This document shows positions 52,502 through 64,000 of a stretch of 64,000 bases of DNA, piece after piece. This DNA is from Octopus sinensis (taxonomy: Eukaryota). The notes below the pieces were generated by a model. The model was not told the DNA's origin and ran no database searches. It saw nothing but the letters and a program-made list of their open reading frames with translations. How positions within the stretch are numbered: the stretch's first letter is position 1; the number at the start of each line of letters is the position of its first letter. The stretch is from positions 102,238,001-102,302,000 of the forward strand of contig NC_043005.1 of NCBI RefSeq assembly GCF_006345805.1, written 5' to 3'. A program made the position numbers and the translations under genes.

Positions 52502-55500
52502 CTATCTCACATTTGTGAGGGATCTTTTACTCTCCACATTTTTCCATCTTTCATCAAACACTTTCTTACTCAGGCTCCTTCTCTCCAGTTCTATATGTCT
52601 TTTTAGGTGGAATTTAAAATATTCCACCAGACTTGAACCAGAGATGAAGTCGCCTGTTATCATTCCTTTCATCCTTGTCTTCCATACTACCTGTTTCGCA
52701 GTTGAAACCACGGCGAGAAAACAAAACTTACCTTCTTTCGTTAAGAAATCAGGTGGGCTGATTTTTACAATAGATTCGGCTGATAGCTGTACTCTTCGTT
52801 CGCCTGACATTAGTTGTTCGGCACAATCCCACATATCTTTCACCCCCGAACACTGCACGATCGCGTGCGAGACGGTTTCCCGTTCTCGCCCACATCTCGT
52901 ACAGGTCGGGCTGACTTGGCAACCGTGCCTTGCAAGCTTGTCCCGAACAGGTAAGGCTCCTCGGTAGCACTGCCAAGCCAAAGACTTCTGGAATTATCCA
53001 GTGTCTTCGGCCCGAATGTACGTTGGACAGACTGGCCAGCTGATTATCGTCGAAACCTAGGGCTTCCCCTAGCGTATCATCGTTACCGGCCTCTACAAAC
53101 CCTCTATAAAACACAGCGGTAGAACCACTGCCGCAGGCATTACCCGAGCGACGGAATAGTCGGAGTGCCTTGCGACACTCCGTATACCACGTACCCAACT
53201 TCGATCTGCGATTATACCAGTCCTCCCGGCCACCGAAACTGGTGAACCTGGGAACATCTGTTTCGCCAGCGGAGACCACACCCGTTCACTACCCAGATGG
53301 AGCCACAGGTGCCTTAGCCTCAGCGCATTTCTGCGCATCATTAGCCACGGCATCCCTAGTCCACCCTGTAACGGTTTTTGACAGCAGACAGAGCGTCTCA
53401 CAAGCGGTTTCGAGCCCTTCCACAAGAAGCGAAAGAGCTGTCTCTCCAACTTGATCAACCACGAATCCGGGCAAGGCACGACGGCAAGGCGGTAGGTGAT
53501 CACCGATGCTATAAACACATTGGCCACCTCCGCCCTACCTTTCAAGGATAACCACCGCCAAGACCAAATCTTGACTATTGCAGCCACCTTGCTCGATACC
53601 TCGCTCCAGTTCTTCTCTATTTGGAGGTCCGGACCGAACCAAACCCCGAGCAACTTAATCGGGCCCTCCGTCCAACGTCCCACGACGCTGTCTGGAGGCA
53701 TCGACTTGCCTCTCCAGGTGCCGAGTTGCAAGCCGACCGACTTTTCACGATTAACTTTTGCTCCTGTCACCGTCTCGTAACCTCTATGGCCTTGCCTACT
53801 TTACGTAGGTGGTCCACTTCAGTCACGATGATAGTGATGTCATCCGCGTACGCCGAAACCGACATATCACGTCCTGGTTGCCTCGGGATGCCGCTCAGTC
53901 TTCGCAGCAGCGGCTCCAGGGCCACTACATACAAAAGCGGGGAGAGCGGACATCCCTGGCGAACCGAGCGTTTGACCTTGAACGGCTTAGAAAGAAAGCC
54001 GTTCACCTGAACTACCGAGTCGGCGTTGTCATACATTTCGATGATCCACCTGAGGAAGCCAAGACCTAGGCCGAACTGAGCCAGAACGGACACCAGGTAG
54101 TGATGGTCGACCCTATCGAACGCTTTAGACTGGTCTAAATGGACCACTGCCCCTCCCTTGCCGGGATCGTTATTTATTCCCTCTATCGTGTATCTAATAG
54201 ATGGAGATTATCCTGAATGGCTCTGCCCGTACGGCGCACGTTTGCGCTTTCCCAATCAGTCCATTCGCGACACGCGCCAATCTGTTCGATAACACTTTGG
54301 CCAAATCTTCAACTCTGCGTTAAGCAGAGTGATGGGCCTGAAATTATCTATTACGTCCCCCTTGCTCTGGTCCTTCCTGACTAGCGTCACCACTCCCCGG
54401 AGCACGGATCTGGGGATAAACCCATTCTGCTGCCAGTTTGAGTAGACGCCCGTCAGTAAGTCCCCGAACAAGTCCGGCATACTTTTATAAAGCTCGTAGG
54501 GTAGACCATCCAGTCCCGGCGCCTTACCCGCCCCGCAGTCCGCCATGGCCTCTATTACCTCCCCAGGTGTGATCGGCTCCTCACTACACTTCGCATCCTG
54601 CCCCGAGAGGCGCGGCAGCCCGTCGAGGAGGTCCGTAAGGTCCCTCCCCCTATCCGGTCCGCCGCTCCCCCCGAAAAGCTGGGCGAAGTGGTCCTGAAAA
54701 GCTTGACACATCTCCTCGGGCTCGTCTGTCAACTTACCTTGTTGGTTCGCCAGAGATCGAATTGTAGCATCGTTGCCACGTTGGGCTTCCACCACTCGGC
54801 CCATCCTGCAGCCTTGATTCCTTCGCTCCCCATCGTACGTTGTCTAGCCCTGACAATGCAACCCATGTGTTTGGCTTCGAGGTGCTGGTTAAGAACCAGT
54901 CTCTTGACCTTCACCTGGTCCGCATTGCCAGTTCGCATTGCTTCCTCTAAGTCCTTAACTAGTGTAGTTACCTTTCTAGCCTCTCTAGCTACAAGATTAG
55001 TACTATATCTAACGGACTCATATTTTATGGCTCGCTTAAGGGCATACCACCATTTGTTGTTACAAATGGAGCCGGTCATGGCCCTCTGGATTATTAATCT
55101 AATCCTGTCTCTGTACTCCTTAATCGCCAAAAGGGACGTATTAAGTTTCCAGTAACCAGGACCTCTAGTTATCTTATCTACGTCTAGCCTACAGGTGACC
55201 ATCTTGTGGTCACTGTAGCTGACTATATGGAGTTGTGGACTCTTAACTAGGTTCTTATCTACCTTCCTAATTAATATCCTGTCTATGTACGACTTTACCG
55301 ATCCGTCGCTATTTGACCACGTCCACAGTGGAGCGCCCGGATGTTCCAGTCTATATGGATCTACCAGCTCAAAACGTCTTAGTAGATCCAGGAAGCAAGT
55401 ATTTCCTTTTCTGTCTGTTCGCGAGCCTTCACAGTCTACCCGCACATCGCAGATTGTGTTGAAGTCCCCTAACATTACTACTGGGCACGATGTACTCAGA

Positions 55501-55884
55501 AACTTCTCCAGGTTCCGATAATAATCACTTTTCCCCTTACCGGGGGGAGCGTAAACCGCAACCAGCCTGATTGTCTTACGGCTACTGAACGTCAACTCAA
55601 TGACGACCAGCCTACCTTCCGGATCCGTAAAAATCAACTTTTTCTCAGAAACCCGGTTCTTTTACACAGGACCAACACCCGCTTCCGCCGACCGACGGGT
55701 TCGGAGAGATGACACTCTCGTAACCGTTGAACAGCGGGAGCAGATCTCTTGGCCCCTTTAACCGGGTTTCTGTGGCAACGACAACATCTAAATCCCGTGA
55801 CCTGATGTCATTTAGGAAGCGCCCTTGCTTCCAGCTCTGCATCAGGCCACGCACATTCAAACACCCTACACGAATATGAGACAT
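52502..55884 (-). CDS. ORF2 of copy C (APE-RT-Zn), frameshifted
   Basis: Fragments 55645..55884, 54729..55637, 54256..54804, 53767..54147, 53093..53770 and 52502..52981. Confidence 0.9.
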
Positions 55885-55893
55885 TACTTACCT

Positions 55894-57442
55894 TTATTCC
55901 GTTTTCCTTTGGTGGTCGTGGCGGGGAAGTCCGCATTAATCAGTGACTCGTCCACTTCGAGTCGCGGACCCTTTATGTCCCCTGCGAACTGTGCATTTAA
56001 CATGTTAAAGTTCCGTAAGTCCAATTATAAATTTCTACATTTTTTTGTAGATTTCTGTGGGTTTTCACCCTTTCTGCGCTTGGGATATTTCCCATTCCAC
56101 TTTTAAGTCGGTCATTATTTTTGTCTATTGCCGCATATACTATTTGGGCTTCTGTAAATCTGCTTTTTTGTGGGCTTTGTGGGGGTGATGGGGAGGACCC
56201 CGGGGAGTATGATGGGGAGGAACACGAGGAGGGGGTTGAAATGGAGGGGTAATGCTCGGCACTGAGGGGTGGGGGTGGGGGCTTCTCTTTTTGTGGGGAA
56301 CCGTGGTTGGGTGGGGATGGTTTTCCCCCCTGAGAGTTGGACTTCTTTTTGATTGTGCCAGGGTTGGTTGGGTTTGTGTCCGCATTCTTTCTCTTTGGCG
56401 TTTTCTTCCGCCTCACCGTTGTGAAGTCGTTCTCTTCTTCTTCTTCCGTTTTTTTCGCTGCTTCTTCTTCTGTCTTTTTTCTTTCTTCCTCTTTCTTGCT
56501 GGTGGGGCATTCCATACGGATCTGACCTATCTCGCCACATCCGTAGCAACGTGGCTTTCGCCCCTCCACCACCACCCGCAAGTTAATTTCTTCCCCGAAT
56601 TGTATTCCTTCTGGAACTTCCTCCATTGCCTCCGGGGTCGCTTGCACCACCACGTGCAATGCTTGTCCTCTCCAGTTTTCCTTTATCACTCTTCTGATGT
56701 TTATCACTGTTATTTTCTCTTCCAGCCCCATTAACAGTGCTGGAAGCAACCACCTCACGTCGACCTGTGGCGGCACGTCCTCCACTCTGATTTTTGTGGT
56801 TCTCCTCCCTAAATACAAGGGTAATAATATTATTTCCTCCGTCTTTATTGGTGTTAGGGGGAGTGTTTTTTTTTGCCGTTTCTTCATTTCTGAAGTGCAC
56901 CTCTATTGTTGCAAACTTTCTCCCCCACGTAACGTAGTCCATATCACTCCACACTGGTTTAAGGCATTTCTCAGCTTGGTCTTTGGTTATCCTTTCAATT
57001 TTCTTCTCTTTTATTACATAGGATTTATAAATTATCGTCCTTTTCTCGGTTTCCTCTTTAATTGTTTGTGGGAGGGCAGCTATCGCCCTATTTCCCTCTT
57101 TTTTAAACATTTTAAAAACTTTTCGTACTCCACCTCCTCCATCTTTATTCCTCTGTCTTCCCACCAGCAGCGGCAGCGAAGTTAAACATCTTGGTTTTTC
57201 ACTTGGTTTGTCACACACATTTGCTGATTTCTCAGCTTCGTTGGAAGTCAACCTTCCGCGACTTTAGCCGTTTTCACAGCTTTTTGAAACGGCGAACCTT
57301 CATTCACTTTTGCTGTTTTCACAGCTTCTTGGAGTCACATCTTCCGCAATTTTAGCTTCTTCAGCAATTTTCACATTTTTTTGTGTAGGCAAACCTACTA
57401 CGTCATCATTTTTTGACATTTTTGAACAAGTATTTTGTTCAT
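55894..57442 (-). CDS. ORF1 of copy C, frameshifted; knuckle His changed to Gln (CYGCGEIGQIRMEC)
   Basis: Fragments 56583..57251 and 55997..56887. ATG at 57442. Confidence 0.85.
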
Positions 57443-57476
57443 TTTTCCGTGGAATGTGTGTGTGTTTCAATGTAAA

Positions 57477-58690
57477 TAGAAAAGTTTTAAAAAATGTTTA
57501 AAAAAGAGGGAAATAACGCGATAGCTGCCCTCCCACAAACAATTAAGAGGAAACCGAGAAAAGGACGAAATTTATAAATCCTATGTAATAAAAGAGACGA
57601 AAATTGAAAGGATAACCAAAGACCAAGCTGAGAAATGCCTTAAACCAGTGTGGAGTGATATGGACTACGTTACGTGGGGGAGAAAGTTTGCAACAATAGA
57701 GGTGCACTTCAGAAATAAGAAGAAACGGCCAAAAAACACTCCCTAACACCAATAAAGACGGAGGAAATAATATTATTACCCTCGTATTTAGGAGGAGAAC
57801 CACAAAAATCAGAGTGGAGGACGTGCCGCCACAGGTCGATGTGAGGTGGTTGCTTCCAGCACTGTTAATGGGGCTGGAAGAGAAAATAACAGTGATAAAC
57901 ATCAGAAGAGTGATAAAGGAAAACTGGAGAGGACAAGCATTGCACGTGGTGGTGCAAGCGACCCCGGAGGCAATGGAGGAAGTTCCAGAAGGAATACAAT
58001 TCGGGGAAGAAATTAACTTGCGGGTGGTGGTGGAGGGGCGAAAGCCACGTTGCTACGGATGTGGCGAGATAGGTCACATCCGTATGGAATGCCCCACCAG
58101 CAAGAAAGAGGAAGAAAGAAAAAAAAGGAAGAAGAAGAAGAGAACGACTTCACAACGGTGAGGCGGAAGAAAACGCCAAAGAGAAAGAATGCGGACACAA
58201 GCCCAACCAACCCTGGCACAATCAAAAAGAAATCCAACTCTCAGGGGGGAAAACCATCCCCACCCAACCACGGTTCCCCACAAAAAGAGAAGCCCCCACC
58301 CAATCCACCCCCACCCCTCAGTGCCGAGCATTACCCCTCCATTTCAACCCCCTCCTCGTGTTCCTCCCCATCATACTCCCGGGGTCCTCCCCATCACCCC
58401 CACAAAGCCCACAAAAAAGCAGATTTACAGAAGCCCAAATAGTATATGCGGCAATAGACAAAAATAATGACCGACTTAAAAGTGGAATGGGAAATATCCC
58501 AAGCGCAGAAAGGGTGAAAACCCACAGAAATCTACAAAAAAATGTAGAAATTTATAAATTGGACTTACGGAACTTTAACATGTTAAATGCACAGTTCGCA
58601 GGGGACATAAAGGGTCCGCGACTCGAAGTGGACGAGTCACTGATTAATGCGGACTTCCCCGCCACGACCACCAAAGGAAAAACGGAATAA
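57477..58690 (+). pseudogene. ORF1 remnant of copy D (no start, frameshifted, intact CCHC knuckle)
   Basis: CYGCGEIGHIRMEC in ORF 57814..58161; ends GKTE*. Confidence 0.85.
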
Positions 58691-58699
58691 AGGTAAGTA

Positions 58700-61600
58700 A
58701 TGTCTCATATTCGTGTAGGGTGTTTGAATGTGCGTGGCCTGATGCAGAGCTGGAAGCAAGGGCGCTTCCTAAATGACATCAGGTCACGGGATTTAGATGT
58801 TGTCGTTGCCACAGAAACCCGGTTAAACCGGGTTTCTGAGAAAAAGTTGATTTTTACGGATCCGGAAGGTAGGCTGGTCGTCATTGAGTTGACGTTCAGT
58901 AGCCGTAAGACAATCAGGCTGGTGCGCTTTACGCTCCCCCCCCCGTAAGGGGAAAAGTGATTATTATCGGAACCTGGAGAAGTTTCTGAGTACATCGTGC
59001 CCAGTAGTAATGTTAGGGGACTTCAACACAATCTGCGATGTGCGGGTAGACTGTGAAGGCTCGCGAACAGACAGAAAAGGAAATACTTGCTTCCTGGATC
59101 TACTAAGACGTTTTTGAGCTGGTAGATCCATATAGACTGGAACATCCGGGCGCTCCACTGTGGACGTGGTCAAATAGCGACGGATCGGTAAAGTCGTACA
59201 TAGACAGGATTAATTAGGAGGTAGATAAGAACCTAGTTAAGAGTCCACAACTCCATATAGTCAGCTACAGTGACCACAAGATGGTCACCTGTAGGCTAGA
59301 CGTAGATAAGATAACTAGAGGTCCTGGTTACTGGAAACTTAATACGTCCCTTTTGGCGATTAAGGAGTACAGGGACAGGATTAGGTTAATAATCCAGAGG
59401 GCCATGACCGGCTCCATTTGTAACAACAAATGGTGGTATGCCCTTAGCGAGCCATAAAATATGAGTCCGTTAGATATAGTACTAATCTTGTAGCTAGAGT
59501 GGCTAGAAAGTTACTACTACACTATTAAGGACTTAGAGGAAGCAATGCGAACTGGCAATGCGGACCAGGTGAAGGTCAAGAGACTGGTTCTTAACCAGCA
59601 CCTCGAAGCCAAACACATGGGTTGCATTGTCAGGGCTAGACAACGTACGATGGGGAGCGAAGGAATCAAGGCTGCAGGATGGGCCCGAGTGGTGGAAGCC
59701 CAACGTGGCAACGATGCTACAATTCGATCTCTGGCGAACCAACAAGGTAAGTTGACAGACGAGCCCGAGGAGATGTGTCAAGCTTTTCAGGACCACTTCG
59801 CCCAGCTTTTCGGGGGGAGCGGCGGACCGGAGAGGGGGAGGGACCCTACGGACCTCCTCGACGGGCTGCCGCGCCTCTCGGGGCAGGATGCGAAGTGTAG
59901 TGAGGAGCCGATCACACCTGAGGAGTTAATAGAGGCCATGGCGGACTGCGGTGCAGGTAAGGCGCCGGGACTGGATGGTCTACCCTACGAGCTTTATAAA
60001 AGTATGCCGGACTTGTTCGGGGACTTACTGACGGGCGTCTACGCAAACTGGCAGCAGAATGGGTTTATCCCCAGATCTGTGCGCCGGGGAGTGGTGACGC
60101 TAATCAGAAGGACCAGAGCAAGGGGGATGTAATAGATAATTTCAGGCCCATCACTCTGCTTAACGCAGAGTTGAAGATTTTGGCCAAAGTGTTATCGAAC
60201 AGATTGGCGCGTGTCGCGAATGGACTGATTGGGAAAGCGCAAACGTGCGCCGTACCGGGCAGAGCCATTCAGGATAATCTCCATCTTATTAGATACACGA
60301 TAGAGGGAATAAATAACGATCCCGGCAAGGGAGGGGCAGTGGTCCATTTAGACCAGTCTAAAGCGTTCGATAGGGTCGACCATCACTACCTGGTGTCCGT
60401 CTGGCTCAGTTCGGCCTAGGTCTTGGCTTCCTCAGGTGGATCATCGAAATGTATGACAACGCCGACTCGGTAGTTCAGGTGAACGGCTTTCTTTCTAAGC
60501 CGTTCAAGGTCAAACGCTCGGTTCGCCAGGGATGTCCGCTCTCCCCGCTTTTGTATGTAGTGGCCCTGGAGCCGCTGCTGCGAAGACTGAGCGGCATCCC
60601 GAGGCACCAGGACGTGATATGTCGGTTTCGGCGTACGCGGATGACATCACTATCATCGTGACTGAAGTGGACCACCTACGTAAAGTAGGCAAGGCCATAG
60701 AGGTTTACGAGACGGTGACAGGAGCAAAAGTTAATCGTGAAAAGTCGGTCGGCTTGCAACTCGGCACCTGGAGAGGCAAGTCGATGCCTCCAGACAGCGT
60801 CGTGGGACGTTGGACGGAGGGCCCGATTAAGTTGCTCGGGTTTGGTTCGGTCCGGACCTCCAAATAGAGAAGAACTGGAGCGAGGTATCGAGCAAGGTGG
60901 CTGCAATAGTCAAGATTTGGTCTTGGCGGTGGTTATCCTTGAAAGGTAGGGTGGAGGTGGCCAATGTGTTTATAGCATCGGTGATCACCTACCGCCTTGC
61001 CGTCGTGCCTTGCCCGGATTCGTGGTTGATCAAGTTGGAGAGACAGCTCTTTCGCTTCTTGTGGAAGGGCTCGAAACCGCTTGTGAGACGCTCTGTCTGC
61101 TGTCAAAAACCGTTACAGGGTGGACTAGGGATGCCGTGGCTAATGATGCGCAGAAATGCGCTGAGGCTAAGGCACCTGTGGCTCCATCTGGGTAGTGAAC
61201 GGGTGTGGTCTCCGCTGGCGAAACAGATGTTCCCCAGGTTCACCAGTTTCGGTGGCCGGAGGACTGGTATAATCGCAGATCGAAGTTGGGTACGTGGTAT
61301 ACGGAGTGTCGCAAGGCACTCCGACTATTCCGTCGCTCGGGTAATGCCTGCGGCAGTGGTTCTACCGCTGTGTTTTATAGAGGGTTTGTAGAGGCCGGTA
61401 ACGATGATACGCTAGGGGAAGCCCTAGGTTTCGACGATAATCAGCTGGCCAGTCTGTTCCAACGTACATTCGGGCCGAAGACACTGGATAATTTCCAGAA
61501 GTCTTTGGCTTGGCAGTGCTACCGAGGAGCCTTACCTGTTCGGGACAAGCTTGCAAGGCACGGTTGCCAAGTCAGCCCGACCTGTACGAGATGTGGGCGA

Positions 61601-61983
61601 GAACGGGAAACCGTCTCGCACGCGATCGTGCAGTGTTCGGGGGTGAAAGATATGTGGGATTGTGCCGAACAACTAATGTCAGGCGAACGAAGAGTACAGC
61701 TATCAGCCGAATCTATTGTAAAAATCAGCCCACCTGATTTCTTAACGAAAGAAGGTAAGTTTTGTTTTCTCGCCGTGGTTTCAACTGCGAAACAGGTAGT
61801 ATGGAAGACAAGGGAAGGAAGATAATAACAGGCGACTTCATCTCTGGTTCAAGTCTGGTGGAATATTTTAAATTCCACCTAAAAAGACATATAGAACTGG
61901 AGAGAAGGAGCCTGAGTAAGAAAGTGTTTGATGAAAGATGGAAAAATGTGGAGAGTAAAAGATCCCTCACAAATGTGAGATAG
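58700..61983 (+). pseudogene. ORF2 of copy D with a 102-bp in-frame deletion in the endonuclease and many frameshifts
   Basis: TETRL is joined directly to NRVSEKK; the segment equal to 2906-3007 of copy B is absent. Confidence 0.88.
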
Positions 61984-62204
61984 GAAGGAAAAAAGGAAAC
62001 CACAAGGCTAAGTGTCGTGGCGGGGAGCATGGGGTCGCGGACCCGCCCCACTGCATCTTGTAATTTTGTTAATTGTGTCTATTGTGTAACCATTCGATTT
62101 ATTATTCATTTCCGATTTTTAACCGACCCCAAATGTTCATAATTATTTTTTTTCATCATTCGTGATTGTATGTGTTCTCTATGTCGCCCCTAGTGGGTAA
62201 TAAA

Positions 62205-62545
62205 TTGGCATGGTTGTCCGATGTTACAGATATCGGACGGGTATGTTTGATTCTTAGTATTTTCAAATCTAAATCAGAAGAAATCTCTGAGCTGATGAAG
62301 GAAAAGTGGCGTTTTACCCACAAATCCAGAAACAGACTGTCCTCGGGTATCGTATATGGATGTGATCTTTCATTGTTTTTCCTTATACCTATGTGAGTTT
62401 TTTTCTGAGTATGCATTGTCTGGAGACTTTTATTTGCAGTTGAAGAAAGAGCCAAATTTTGGCTGCTATTTCTGAAAAGTTCGGTGTGTGGTAAAGTGAA
62501 TTTTTTTACTTTACCATATTTTTATAAATTAATACTTCAAATATA
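62205..62545 (+). mobile_element. Target repeat downstream of Tx1 copy D
   Basis: Matches 6372-6714 and continues to aatacttcaaatata. Confidence 0.75.
62286..62347 (+). ncRNA. Hammerhead motif, copy D
   Basis: Identical to 6454-6515. Confidence 0.72.
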
Positions 62546-63633
62546 TTTATATATACATAGACACACAGGCACTGAAACACACACATATAAATGTCTACTT
62601 GTTTATCTTACTTTCTAGAAGTAGCAGTCTCACATCTGGGTTTATATTCTTTTGAAAGAGAGCTGAACATATTGGAAAATGCAACCCGCGATATCTGTAC
62701 GATACTCTAATGAAACAGAACGTGGAGGACTGGAACAGCTTCGATCATAGGTCTGCATCATAGAGCTTGAGCTGGGAACGAAACAACAACTAATCCATCA
62801 TAAAAGAGCGTGCGTGAGTGACAATTCAGTGAAAATGAGACATTGACAGTGATAGAACGGGTGACGGATTTTAAAAGGTATCTAAGTTATTTGTACATTA
62901 TTGTATTATTTCAATGATCATAGATTTGCAAATTTCCAGTTCCAACACCATCTTAACTATTACTGTATCCGTGGTTACAGTTTCAGTGTAATACACGCAG
63001 TCTTATTTTGAATATACTAATTCGTCACACTTATTACTATAGAATACAGCAGGTATATTTTGTTATTTCCTCTTCAGTAGATACTTTCCCCGTTACTACA
63101 AAGTCTATAGTTCACTGAAGAGATCTAATAAGCGCAAAAGCTGTCCTTATTTCTCTCCCATTCTTCCTAAAATAATAGAAGTAATAGAGCTTAAATTGTT
63201 TTAAGTATCACTAGTTAAATATGTGAGGCTTCCCTTCATTAACTACGTTAACACCAACTCAATATTCATTAAAATAAGTCTTTATTAAAGACGTATCACG
63301 CAGGGAATTCAATCATCTTTGAGATGCTTCTTTAATAAAGACTGGTTTATATATTTCTGGAGGCTTCTATATTTGCGTTCTCAATATTAAGAAGTTTGAA
63401 CATTCTACAATGTTCTAAATAGGCCACGAGGCAACCTTACGTCAAGAATGAATGAACGTTTATTAAATTGTTATCATCTGGAACCAATTTGACAGATGAC
63501 ATACGCAAATGATTTTGTCTAAAACATGTCATGCAACATGTTCAAACTTGCACCAGCAACGGAAAGTATCATACACGTGTGTGCACATTGAAACATACAC
63601 ACAAACAAGTGTAAACTCATCTTATCCATTTCC

Positions 63634-63669
<36 letters not shown>

Positions 63670-64000
63670 GCACGCGCACGCACACACTTATACACACACA
63701 CATTAGTGAAAACCAGTTTAAATATTCTTCTTATAATGCGTGTTATCTGATGTCTGGATACAGCGGATTATGTGCTATATAGTTGTAAGTAAAGCCATAA
63801 TTGTGTTAAGAAGTTCTCCTCACAAACTATGCGACGCTGAGTTTGAATATACGTGGTAGTATCACATTAGAAGGGTGATAGGAGTTTTATAGATGCCATT
63901 GAGTGGTTAGAAACTGTTATGAAACCTGGTATATGACCTCTATTTACAGCTGCATTGTAGACGTCAGCCTTAGCCTGGTTTAACACCACATCATCCGTTC

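Larger units (their letters stand above)
52282..57474 (-). mobile_element. Tx1/L1-clade LINE copy C, nearly full length (lacks ~165 nt of 5'UTR)
   Basis: Reverse complement of ~1163-6371. Confidence 0.93.
57477..62204 (+). mobile_element. Tx1/L1-clade LINE copy D, 5'-truncated within ORF1
   Basis: Collinear with ~1537-6371. Ends AATAAA at 62199-62204. Confidence 0.93.

Noticed and set aside
51873-62545. Palindrome interpreted as an L1 twin-priming inversion or a DNA transposon with long TIRs
   Set aside because: Both arms have complete 3' ends and overlapping content, which excludes twin priming. The outer ends differ in length, and there is no transposase or clear TSD.
63277-63343. 15-bp perfect inverted repeat agtctttattaaaga/tctttaataaagact
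   Set aside because: AT-rich, single occurrence and no TSD; not enough to call an element.

Overview
AT-rich, microsatellite-dense animal DNA. The SINE families look like those of Octopus (recognition from memory, not a search). I cannot establish any host protein-coding gene. The window is dominated by four near-identical copies of a two-ORF L1/Tx1-clade non-LTR retrotransposon (ORF1 with a CCHC knuckle; ORF2 with APE endonuclease, RT and a C-terminal zinc finger). Copies A (1-979) and B (999-6371) are head-to-tail and separated by a 19-bp target-site duplication. Copies C (52282-57474, minus) and D (57477-62204, plus) are head-to-head and form a ~10.7-kb inverted structure. All four 3' ends are followed by the same target sequence (ttggcatggYttgtccgat). 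Where the target continues (B, C, D), it is a 340-410-bp repeat carrying a type I hammerhead-ribozyme motif whose predicted cleavage site is ~138 nt downstream of the insertion, and it ends in TA-rich or (TA)n sequence like Penelope-type pLTR tails. The main candidate system is therefore a sequence-specific Tx1 LINE that parasitises a hammerhead-bearing Penelope-like repeat and may be co-mobilised with it. The rest of the window has five more hammerhead-like motifs, several fold-back elements beside (TA)n, decayed CR1/L2-group LINE fragments, three tRNA-type SINE families, a non-autonomous Helitron and many microsatellites.
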